Positions 41,882-50,409 of a stretch of 64,000 nucleotides of DNA are shown in pieces. This stretch comes from Candidatus Yanofskybacteria bacterium RIFCSPHIGHO2_01_FULL_41_21 (GTDB lineage: Bacteria > Patescibacteriota > Minisyncoccia > 2-02-FULL-40-12 > GWA2-44-9). Made by a program: the position numbers and the translations under genes. The DNA lies in NCBI GenBank assembly GCA_001794025.1, contig MGJA01000003.1, forward strand, positions 76,909 through 140,908. The letters are read 5' to 3'. Numbering within the stretch: position 1 is the first letter of the stretch; each line of letters opens with the position of its first letter. The notes under the pieces were generated by a model. That model was not told where the DNA came from and searched no databases. It saw only the letters and a list, made by a program, of their open reading frames with translations.

Positions 41882-42862
41882 ATGGAAAATAAAGAAAAAA
41901 TTGTTGTTGTTGGATACGGCTGGGTTGGCCAAGCCAATGCTTTAGCGTTGAAGAAAATGGGCTATCCCGTCAATTATTACGACATAACCACTCCCGTAAA
42001 AAATTATTCTGATTACGAAGACATCTATTCTCAAATCAAACCTCTGGGTAGTGTTCTTGAGAAAGATGATGAAAATACTTGGTATATTGTTTGTGTCGGT
42101 GACAAAGTTCTTCCCGATGGAACCCAAGATATTTCAGCCATAGAGAAAGCTCTGGATTCAATTAAGACAGCAAAAGGGAAAGTTGTTTTGCGTTCTACGG
42201 TTTTACCCCGTTCGTTGAAGAATCTTAGATTTGATTGTTATATGCCCGAGTTTCTTCACGAGAAAAAAGGCGTTGAAGAGTGTGTTCAGCCGTATTATTT
42301 TGTTGTCGGAAATAGGAATGTAAAGAAATGGCCGAGCTTTATTAAAAGATGGATGAACAAAACCGATAAGACATTTGAAGGTTCACCGGAACAGGCGTCT
42401 TATATTAAGTATCTTTCCAATATTTGGAACGCGAGTAGAGTGGCTTTGGTAAATGAATTTGGTGATGCAATGCATGGTAATGGGTTGGAGGGACAAAATG
42501 TTGAAGAAGTCATAGATTTTATTTTTAATAAAAGGAATTATCTGAAGTACGGCAAATCGTTTGGGGGACATTGTCTACCAAAAGATATGAACGCTTTTAG
42601 CCAAGATCATAATTCAACACTATTTAAAGCCGTCCTGACATCCAATACCAACCACCAAGAGATTGAGTCCCAACGAAATCTCAAAGAGTGGTTTTCATAT
42701 TGGGATTATCAAGCTACCATCAGTTTCAAAAAGCTATTCTCTATATTATTCAGGAAGTCCCATCCAGTTGAACTGGCCAAGTCAATTAAGATGAAATCCG
42801 AACCCGTTGCTCAACTTCTTATGGCCCCATTCAGAAAGGACAAAAATGAACCAAAAATATAA
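41882..42862 (+). CDS. Nucleotide-sugar dehydrogenase family protein (UDP-glucose/GDP-mannose dehydrogenase-like, short form)
   Basis: N-terminal VVGYGWVGQANALAL and catalytic-Cys motif GGHCLPKD. Confidence 0.5.
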   Translation: MENKEKIVVVGYGWVGQANALALKKMGYPVNYYDITTPVKNYSDYEDIYSQIKPLGSVLEKDDENTWYIVCVGDKVLPDGTQDISAIEKALDSIKTAKGKVVLRSTVLPRSLKNLRFDCYMPEFLHEKKGVEECVQPYYFVVGNRNVKKWPSFIKRWMNKTDKTFEGSPEQASYIKYLSNIWNASRVALVNEFGDAMHGNGLEGQNVEEVIDFIFNKRNYLKYGKSFGGHCLPKDMNAFSQDHNSTLFKAVLTSNTNHQEIESQRNLKEWFSYWDYQATISFKKLFSILFRKSHPVELAKSIKMKSEPVAQLLMAPFRKDKNEPKI

Positions 42863-43844
42863 AAAGATATTAATTACCGGCGGGGCGGGGTTTATTGGGT
42901 ACCACTTAGCTAAGAGATTAGCTCAAGAGGGTCACGAGATAGTTATAGCAGATAATTTTTTTCGCAGTGTTCATGATGCCGATTTGGCATCGCTTCTTGA
43001 ACAAAAAAATGTAACTCTTTTTGAAGTTGACCTGACTCAAGGAGAAGCTTGGGATAAAATAGGTATCGGATATGATTTTGTCTACCATCTGGTAGGTATC
43101 AACGGCACGAAATTTTTCTATGATATACCACATGAAGTATTGCGCATCGGGGTTTCCACCACCATGAATGTTTTAGATTGGTTCCATAAGAAAAACGGGA
43201 AGCCAAATGCAAAAATCCTTTATACGTCTTCCAATGAGGCCTATGCGGGGGCGCTGGAGGCCTTCGGCAAACTACCGCTTCCGACTCCAGAAAATGTCCC
43301 GTTGATTATAGCCGATACCTATAATCCCCGCTGGTCGTATGGGGGACAGAAACTAATCGGTGAACTTTTCTTTATCCATTACAGCAAGGCCTATAATTTC
43401 AGGATGTCGATAGTCAGACCCCATAATTTTTACGGACCAAGGGCTGGTTACCAGCATGTTATCCCAGAAATCGTTGGCCGGATAAAAGATAAAGTTGAGC
43501 CCTTCCCCATGTTCGGCGCAGATGAGACACGCTCATTTTGTTATATAGATGACGCGGTTGAGGCCATTCAGACCGTGATGGAATCAGAAAAGACAGATGG
43601 AGGCACATATCACATTGGTACTCACAAGGAGACAGTCATCAAGGAACTTATTGAAAAGATGTTTGAAATAATGCGATGGACACCTAGTAAATTTGATATA
43701 AAAAATTCTCCCGAGGGTAGTGTCAAACGTCGTTTGGCTGATGTTTCCAAAATTAAGATGGATACTGGTTGGGAAGCAAAGACAGAGCTTGAAGATGGTC
43801 TCAAGAAAACAATTGACTGGTACCTGGCCAATCCGAAGAAGTAA
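42846..43844 (+). CDS. NAD-dependent epimerase/dehydratase family protein
   Basis: ILITGGAGFIGYHL; YGGQK Y-x3-K. Start at Met 42846. Confidence 0.7.
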   Translation: MNQKYKKILITGGAGFIGYHLAKRLAQEGHEIVIADNFFRSVHDADLASLLEQKNVTLFEVDLTQGEAWDKIGIGYDFVYHLVGINGTKFFYDIPHEVLRIGVSTTMNVLDWFHKKNGKPNAKILYTSSNEAYAGALEAFGKLPLPTPENVPLIIADTYNPRWSYGGQKLIGELFFIHYSKAYNFRMSIVRPHNFYGPRAGYQHVIPEIVGRIKDKVEPFPMFGADETRSFCYIDDAVEAIQTVMESEKTDGGTYHIGTHKETVIKELIEKMFEIMRWTPSKFDIKNSPEGSVKRRLADVSKIKMDTGWEAKTELEDGLKKTIDWYLANPKK

Positions 43845-43846
43845 AA

Positions 43847-44395
43847 ATGATTAAAAAATGGAAAAAATCGGGACCGGAAAAAGTTATACTTGAAAAGTTT
43901 GGTAAATTTTCCAAGAGACAATATTTTGTTGATCCTCGAGACGGGAGCAAGCAGGAATATATATTTGTAGGTGAACAAAATTCAGTCGGTGTTGTCGCTC
44001 TTACAAAAGATAATAAAATAATCCTTACGGAGCAGTTTATGCAAGCTGCCAACGAAGTACTGGTTGAAGTTCCCGCCGGGGTGATTGATAAAGGTGAGAC
44101 CCCATTAATGGCAGTGAAGAGAGAGCTTGAAGAAGAGACAGGTTATGGTTCTAAAAATTTCAAGGAAATCGGAAAATTCATGAGATCAACCAGGAGTATT
44201 CCGACATGTTCGTATTGTTTTTTGGCCACTGATTGCAAAAAGATAAAAAATCCCAAAATTGATAAAGAAGAGGATTTAGGAGTAATAATCAAACCGTTTA
44301 AAAATTGGGTAAAAGAAATTGAAAAAGGTAAAACTCTTGATTGTCTCTCGGTTATCGCCACCTTTTTGGCGGAAAAGCATTTAAAAGATGAATAA
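43847..44395 (+). CDS. NUDIX hydrolase
   Basis: Nudix box GVIDKGETPLMAVKRELEEETGY. Confidence 0.75.
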   Translation: MIKKWKKSGPEKVILEKFGKFSKRQYFVDPRDGSKQEYIFVGEQNSVGVVALTKDNKIILTEQFMQAANEVLVEVPAGVIDKGETPLMAVKRELEEETGYGSKNFKEIGKFMRSTRSIPTCSYCFLATDCKKIKNPKIDKEEDLGVIIKPFKNWVKEIEKGKTLDCLSVIATFLAEKHLKDE

Positions 44396-45521
44396 TAAAA
44401 AGTTAAAAATCGGATGCGTGACGTCATCCGTTTCCTATTATGGTGGGTGGGATACTTTATCAAAAGGGATAGTTGGAGCAGTGGCGAAACAGCACGATGT
44501 CATTGCGCTGACTTCGATGGGTTATAAAAACGACCCGGTTCCATATCCTGTTTATTCCGTTTTACCCCATCATTACATTAGTTTCGGTTTGGGTAATCAA
44601 ATCAGCGTCTTTTGGAATTGCATAAAATATTTCAGAGGATGCGATGCTATCCATACTTTCATTGAGCCATTTACGCCCGGGGCGGCATTTGCAAGTAAGG
44701 TGTTAGGTATACCTCTTTTTATCACACTTGCCGGTACGTATTGTGTGATTCCGAAACACGGTGGTCTGCGGGGTTTTGCGAAACGAACGATGATGAAATT
44801 CATGTACAATCAAGCCAGCTTCATCGCCACCGGTTCATACAAAAATATTGAACTTATTGAAGAGGTAATGTCTCTGGATAAAAAATGGGAATTTGTTCCA
44901 TTCGGTGTTGATCCAGAAAAGTTTAAAATAACCAAGACATACGAACCGTCGCCGTATCCATTTTTATTTACCGTCGGTGAAGTAAAAGCCCGTAAGGGTG
45001 CCGATTATATCATTAAGGCCCTGGCGATTCTGAAAGATGAATTTCCAGACCTTAGATATAAAATTGCCGGTAACGATAAAACGAAACCGAGTTTCGTGGC
45101 GGGTCTCAAAAAATTAATCGTTGAAAATGGTCTTGAAAGCCGGGTGGAATTATTGGGCCGAGTGAGCGAAGAAGATTTATTGCGCTACTATAGTACCTGC
45201 ACGGCGTTCGTCTTGGCTGCTCAAACCATAGATGGGGCGTTTGAGGGATTCCCGATGGTGTTCTATGAATCCCATTCTTATGGCGCGCCCCTGATTGCTA
45301 CTAAGGGCTACGGTTCCGAATATGTTATTAAAGACGGCTATAACGGATTTCTCGTTCCCCAAAACAATGTTGAAGAATTAGTTGTGGCAATTCGTAAAAT
45401 TGTCAGCAACCCCGCTCTTCGTAATGAAATGTCTCAACATGCAATTTCCGAAGCTCAAAAGCATTCTTGGGGTGCTATCAGCGTCCAGTATTTGGATGCG
45501 TATCAGAGGCTAATTAAATAG
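44388..45521 (+). CDS. Glycosyltransferase family 4 (GT-B)
   Basis: FEGFPMVFYESHSYGAPLIATKGYGSEYVIKDGYNGFLV. Confidence 0.75.
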   Translation: MNNKKLKIGCVTSSVSYYGGWDTLSKGIVGAVAKQHDVIALTSMGYKNDPVPYPVYSVLPHHYISFGLGNQISVFWNCIKYFRGCDAIHTFIEPFTPGAAFASKVLGIPLFITLAGTYCVIPKHGGLRGFAKRTMMKFMYNQASFIATGSYKNIELIEEVMSLDKKWEFVPFGVDPEKFKITKTYEPSPYPFLFTVGEVKARKGADYIIKALAILKDEFPDLRYKIAGNDKTKPSFVAGLKKLIVENGLESRVELLGRVSEEDLLRYYSTCTAFVLAAQTIDGAFEGFPMVFYESHSYGAPLIATKGYGSEYVIKDGYNGFLVPQNNVEELVVAIRKIVSNPALRNEMSQHAISEAQKHSWGAISVQYLDAYQRLIK

Positions 45522-45579
45522 GGGATTTCCAATTGGTTTACATTGACTTAGGGCCTATTTTTAGGTACTATCTGATGGC

Positions 45580-46305
45580 ATGTTAGATGAACAAGGAGCG
45601 CAAAATTATTGGGGAAAGCAGGTTGAAAAAGGGGGAATGGAACCCTGTCACTATTTGAATAAATGGCAGGATAAATACGCCTTTGAAATTAGAACATCTG
45701 TTTTTAGAAGAAGTGATTTTCGGGGCCTTAAAAAGATAGTCGATATCGGATGTGGGGTTGGGGACTATACCGCGAAGATGTTCAAGCTTATTGATAGTGA
45801 TGCTCATATAGTTGGTTTTGATTTCCCTTTTAATATTGAAATTGCCCGCAAGAAACATAGGGATTTAAAGAACATTGTTTTCAAAGAAGGTTCGGTACCC
45901 GATGAAAACATTGAGTCGGACATAAAAAGCGCGGATGCGGTTATCATGACCACCGTCTATACCCATTTGACACCAGATTCCCGAGAAATTTTACTGGGCT
46001 ATTTTGAAAAAATGAAATCCGGTGCGAAAATGTTTATTCTGGAATATTTTCCCGAAGTTGTGCCGGAGTTTCAGAAGAATCAAGCCCATAAGATCGTTGA
46101 ATCATCTAAAGAAGTCCAGGTTCGTTTTATAAACCATGGTCTCCAGGTATTAGAAGTCCGTCCCGTTAATTATATTGATAGTTTCCTGTTCTTCCATTGG
46201 GGTAAAAATTGGTTCGTGTATTTTATAACCAAATGGCTGGATAATTTTGTTAGAGTTTTTAAATATTATCGTTCAAAATACAAGTTAATTATTTTTACAA
46301 GATGA
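45580..46305 (+). CDS. Class I SAM-dependent methyltransferase
   Basis: VDIGCGVGDYTAKMF. Confidence 0.65.
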   Translation: MLDEQGAQNYWGKQVEKGGMEPCHYLNKWQDKYAFEIRTSVFRRSDFRGLKKIVDIGCGVGDYTAKMFKLIDSDAHIVGFDFPFNIEIARKKHRDLKNIVFKEGSVPDENIESDIKSADAVIMTTVYTHLTPDSREILLGYFEKMKSGAKMFILEYFPEVVPEFQKNQAHKIVESSKEVQVRFINHGLQVLEVRPVNYIDSFLFFHWGKNWFVYFITKWLDNFVRVFKYYRSKYKLIIFTR

Positions 46306-47402
46306 AAATACAATTTCTATCGCCAAACTTAAATAAAAAAGATATCCAAGAAGCTGTCAAAGTTCTTAAATCGGGCTGGATTACCTATGGGCCGGTGACC
46401 GAAAAATTTGAAGAAATTTTTGCCGGATATGTCGGATCTAAAAAAGCGGTTTTTAATTCCAGTGGCACGGCGGCTCTGCACGTGGCGTTATTGGTAGCTG
46501 GTGTTGGTCCTGGCGATGAAGTCATCACAACTCCTCTTTCATATGTGGCAACCAGCAATGTTATTTTATATGTCGGTGCTACACCCGTATTTGTGGATGT
46601 GGATGCAAAGATGGGTCTTATAGATCTTAATAAAATTAAGGGAGCAATCACATCCAAAACCAAAGCTGTTATCCCGGTCCATTTATATGGCCAGATGGTG
46701 GATATGAAAAAGTTAAAGAAGATCTGTGGTGCTAAAATTAAGATTATTGAAGATTCGGCTCATGCTATTGAATCCGAACGGGATGGCATTAAACCTGGCC
46801 AGTTAAGTTTCGCATCTTGCTTCAGTTTTCATGCCGCAAAAAATATAACTTCCGGAGAAGGCGGAGCAGTTACGGTTAATGATGATAAATTGGCTCACGA
46901 ATTAAAATTATTGTGTGAAGGTGGAGTAGAAAGAACGAGTACGGGAAGGTTCATGACTTTATTGGGATATAAATATTCAGCCACAACTTTCCAGGCGGCG
47001 ATGTTGATTTCTCAGATGAAGCGTATCAATTCCGATTGGAAGAAGAGAAAAATTTTATGGGAACGTTACAAAAAGGGTTTAACTGGAGTTGCGGGTGTTT
47101 CTTTCCCTGAACAAGTACCAAACTCACGGCATGGATATAATATGTTTGTTATTTGGGTTGAACCGACCCGTCGAGATATACTAAGGGAAAAACTTGGTCA
47201 AGCCGGTATTCAAACATCCATTCATTTTAATCCGATTCACTTGGAACCACATTACAAAAAATCATTCGGTTATAAAAAAGGCGATTTTCCGGTTACTGAA
47301 AAACTTGGATTTTCCTCTATTACACTTCCTCTCCACCAAAAACTGACGAAAGAGAATCAAGATTACATAGTAGATAAAATTAAGGAATTATTGGAGGTCT
47401 AA
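46302..47402 (+). CDS. DegT/DnrJ/EryC1/StrS-family PLP-dependent sugar aminotransferase
   Basis: SSGTAALHVAL ... SFHAAKNITSGEGGAV (PLP Lys). Confidence 0.85.
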   Translation: MKIQFLSPNLNKKDIQEAVKVLKSGWITYGPVTEKFEEIFAGYVGSKKAVFNSSGTAALHVALLVAGVGPGDEVITTPLSYVATSNVILYVGATPVFVDVDAKMGLIDLNKIKGAITSKTKAVIPVHLYGQMVDMKKLKKICGAKIKIIEDSAHAIESERDGIKPGQLSFASCFSFHAAKNITSGEGGAVTVNDDKLAHELKLLCEGGVERTSTGRFMTLLGYKYSATTFQAAMLISQMKRINSDWKKRKILWERYKKGLTGVAGVSFPEQVPNSRHGYNMFVIWVEPTRRDILREKLGQAGIQTSIHFNPIHLEPHYKKSFGYKKGDFPVTEKLGFSSITLPLHQKLTKENQDYIVDKIKELLEV

Positions 47403-47406
47403 ATAT

Positions 47407-48141
47407 ATGGCAAAAAAAATAAGACAACGTATTGTCAATTTTTTTATAGATATCTTAAGTAAACCCTCAATTAGATATCGGTTCCTGTTGCCTTTGTCCA
47501 CGCTAATTTCAAAAAATCCTGATGAAGAGATATTGGAAAAGGCAATGAAATTTGCGGCTCATGTCGGTATAGGTGGGGATTATCTGGAATTTGGTGTTTG
47601 GAAAGGGCGCTCATTTGCTCGGGCGTATCATATGAGAAAATATATTAAAGACGCCAAACTTAACGGTATGAAATTTTATGCCTTTGACTCGTTTCAGGGT
47701 TTACCCGAAATAAAAAATGAACATGACACCAGTTCTTCCGAATTTAAAAAAGGTGATTACGCCTGCGACATAGGAACATTTAGACATAATCTTATCAATA
47801 AAGGTGTTGATCTTAAGGAGGTAACAATTATTCCCGGCTGGTACGAAGAAACTTTGAATGAAGAGACCAAAAATAAGTTGTCTCTTAAAAAAGCGTCAAT
47901 TATTTTTGTTGATTGCGATATTTATGAGTCAGCCGTTTCTGTTCTTAATTTTATAACCGATTATGTGGTAAATGGTACAATTATCATTTTTGATGATTGG
48001 TTTGCTTTCAGTGGCGACCCCGAAAAAGGTGAACAACGGGCTTTTAAAGAATGGTTGGAACGCAATCCAAATATCAAGGCCGTTGAATGGCAAAGAGTAA
48101 ATTGGAAAAGCAATTCGTTTATCTTAAACAAATCCCGTTAG
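47407..48141 (+). CDS. TylF/MycF-family sugar O-methyltransferase
   Basis: GDYLEFGVWKGRS ... IFVDCDIYES ... GTIIIFDDW. Its stop codon TAG lies inside the 5' TIR of repeat copy 5. Confidence 0.75.
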   Translation: MAKKIRQRIVNFFIDILSKPSIRYRFLLPLSTLISKNPDEEILEKAMKFAAHVGIGGDYLEFGVWKGRSFARAYHMRKYIKDAKLNGMKFYAFDSFQGLPEIKNEHDTSSSEFKKGDYACDIGTFRHNLINKGVDLKEVTIIPGWYEETLNEETKNKLSLKKASIIFVDCDIYESAVSVLNFITDYVVNGTIIIFDDWFAFSGDPEKGEQRAFKEWLERNPNIKAVEWQRVNWKSNSFILNKSR

Positions 48142-48243
48142 AAATGAACCCTATGGGTATAATAATGAAAATCAATAATATAAAACTGATTGTAACTAGC
48201 CACCACTCCAATATGGTGGACGGTTTGTCACATTTCTAACGGG
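48134..48243 (+). repeat. 110-nt TIR element copy 5; mini-ORF 48144-48239
   Basis: Most diverged copy but same length, TIRs and ORF frame; followed by ATG 48244. Confidence 0.9.
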
Positions 48244-49617
48244 ATGGATAGGCCAACCATATTTTTATCAAATTTTCATCCGTTTGTAACCAAGAATACT
48301 TTAAATTCCGGTGTTTTGGATGCCTTAGCTTCTCAATCTAAGGTTATTATTTTAGTTAGTAAAGAAAAGGAAGAATATTTTAAACAAATCTATGAAAAAG
48401 AAAATATTATTGTTGAGGGGATTAATTTAGACCCGTATATTAAAAGCGGTAAGAATAAAATTTTCATTCGTTTATCGGAATTACTGTTGGATACAAACGT
48501 GACCAGATTCCATCAGATGGAAGCATGCGTAAAAGACGGCAATTGGTTTAAATATTATTTCTTTCGGGCTTTCACAAGGACCTTGAGTCATTTTTTATTA
48601 TTTAAAAAATTAGTCCACGTGCTTGACTTTAAGATTGATAACCCAAAACCTTTCCAAAACATTTTTGAACATTACAAACCGCTGGCGGTTTTTGCGACCG
48701 ATGCTTTCGGGGATCACGATGTTTTTTTACTGAAAAATTCCAAATCTGCCGGAATAAAAACTATAGCTATGGTCCGTTCATGGGATAATACGACATGCCG
48801 TGGCTATCTGCGTTTCGTACCGGATAAACTTATAGTTCATAATGAGGTTATGAAAGCAGAGATGGTTAAATATCACGATATTGATATAGACACTATCAAT
48901 CTTAGTGGTGTGCCTCAATTTGAAAAATATATAGGTCTGAAAGCAAGTCCTAGAGATGAATTTTTTAATAGGATTGGAGCTAATCCGAATAAGCGTATGA
49001 TTTTATTTACGCCGGCCGGACAGTTTTTTATAGATTCCGACTGGCAGATATGCCAAATTCTTAAAGAACTTTATCTTGAGGAAAAGATTCCTCAAGATGT
49101 TCAATTTGTCGTGCGATTGCACCCATTTTTGCCAGTAGATTTATTAAGTTTTGAACCGGATGAAAATTTTATTATTGATGTGCCCGGTCCGGCAAAATTC
49201 AATAAACTGGAGAAAGACAAAAAAGAAGGTGAATTAGACACATTTTTCTTTCAACATATTTATGATTCTATCTATCATGCCTCGCTTGTCATCAATACAA
49301 TATCGTCAATTATTATTGATACGGCTATTTTTGATAAACCATTGATTACGATTAATTTTGACGGTTGGTTAAAAGACCCGCCCTTGCTGAGGAGTATATT
49401 GAAGCGTTGGCGGTTTGAGGAAAACCAGATTAATTGGATGAGTATCGGTTCTACGCGTCTGGCCGGAAGCAAAGAGGAATTGGCGAAATGGATTAATGAG
49501 TATCTTGAGCATCCGGAAATTGATCATGATAAAAGAGAAATTTTCAAACAGAAATACTGTTGGAAATATGACGGGAAATCGGCGGAAAGAATTGCCTCAA
49601 TTGTTCTGAGTAACTAA
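48244..49617 (+). CDS. Polysaccharide/teichoic-acid-type biosynthesis protein (TagB/TagF- or capsule-synthesis-like GT-B), uncertain
   Basis: Weak resemblance (MILFTPAGQFF ... VRLHPF). Confidence 0.35.
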   Translation: MDRPTIFLSNFHPFVTKNTLNSGVLDALASQSKVIILVSKEKEEYFKQIYEKENIIVEGINLDPYIKSGKNKIFIRLSELLLDTNVTRFHQMEACVKDGNWFKYYFFRAFTRTLSHFLLFKKLVHVLDFKIDNPKPFQNIFEHYKPLAVFATDAFGDHDVFLLKNSKSAGIKTIAMVRSWDNTTCRGYLRFVPDKLIVHNEVMKAEMVKYHDIDIDTINLSGVPQFEKYIGLKASPRDEFFNRIGANPNKRMILFTPAGQFFIDSDWQICQILKELYLEEKIPQDVQFVVRLHPFLPVDLLSFEPDENFIIDVPGPAKFNKLEKDKKEGELDTFFFQHIYDSIYHASLVINTISSIIIDTAIFDKPLITINFDGWLKDPPLLRSILKRWRFEENQINWMSIGSTRLAGSKEELAKWINEYLEHPEIDHDKREIFKQKYCWKYDGKSAERIASIVLSN

Positions 49618-49636
49618 AATGTTAATATAATAAAAT

Positions 49637-50350
49637 ATGTCTAAAGTTATTACCATCATCCCCGCCCGGGGCGGAAGCAAAGGGGTACCAAGAAAGAACA
49701 TTAAGTCCCTGAACGGCAAACCCTTAATTGCTTATGCTATAGAAGCTGCCCTAAAATCAGGCGTTATTGACCGGGTTATTGTCTCAACTGAAGACAAAGA
49801 AATAGCCGAAGTGGCGAAGCAGTATGGGGCTGAAGTCATTAATCGTCCTGAAGATTTGGCGGGAGATAAGGTAACACTTGACCCGGTTATAAAGCAGGCC
49901 TTGGAGTTTTTGGAGACACAGGAAAATTATATTCCTGATTTTGTATCGTGTATTCAACCGACTTCCCCGTTATTGAAGTCGGAAATAGTGAAGGCGTGCG
50001 TTGGTAAAGTGGTAGATGAAGGTTTTGATTCATGTATTGCAGCTTTTTTACCCGATACATATGAATGGAAATGGAAGCCGGTATACGATGTATCGGGAAA
50101 AGAGATTTCTTTTGAACCGGAGTTTCCGGTTATGCAACGAGTTGTACGGCAGGATTTGCCCAAGGTCTATCATGAGAACGGAGCTTTTTATATCACAAAG
50201 TTATCATTATTTAAAAAAATCGGTCATCGTTGGGGCGGGAAAATGGCCGTGGTTGAAATGAGCGAAGAGGACTCCATTCAGATTGATAATCTGAATGAAT
50301 TTTGGATGATTGAACAGATTTTAAAGAGAAGACAAGGCGAAGTACAATAA
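49637..50350 (+). CDS. Acylneuraminate (nonulosonic acid) cytidylyltransferase, NeuA/LegF/PseF family
   Basis: IIPARGGSKGVPRKN ... GKPLIAY ... QPTSPL. Confidence 0.8.
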   Translation: MSKVITIIPARGGSKGVPRKNIKSLNGKPLIAYAIEAALKSGVIDRVIVSTEDKEIAEVAKQYGAEVINRPEDLAGDKVTLDPVIKQALEFLETQENYIPDFVSCIQPTSPLLKSEIVKACVGKVVDEGFDSCIAAFLPDTYEWKWKPVYDVSGKEISFEPEFPVMQRVVRQDLPKVYHENGAFYITKLSLFKKIGHRWGGKMAVVEMSEEDSIQIDNLNEFWMIEQILKRRQGEVQ

Positions 50351-50365
50351 TAATTATTTAAAAAA

Positions 50366-50392
50366 GTCCCGCCGGTGGTGTGCCGGCGGGAC
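50366..50392. terminator. Stem-loop terminator (gtcccgccgg-tggtgtg-ccggcgggac), U-tract on - strand
   Basis: 10-bp GC stem between convergent genes; A-run immediately upstream. Confidence 0.7.
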
Positions 50393-50409
50393 AAGGAAAG
50401 GTTCCAAAA

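Noticed and set aside
11682-48243. Integron attC-like sites (the 5' end contains GTTAGAA, the 3' end TTCTAAC)
   Set aside because: There is no integrase and the arrangement is not single-gene cassettes (only one gene is flanked by two copies). The core motifs do not match GTTRRRY / RYYYAAC in the orientation expected relative to the ORFs. The element also abuts start codons with zero spacer in all copies, which is unlike attC.
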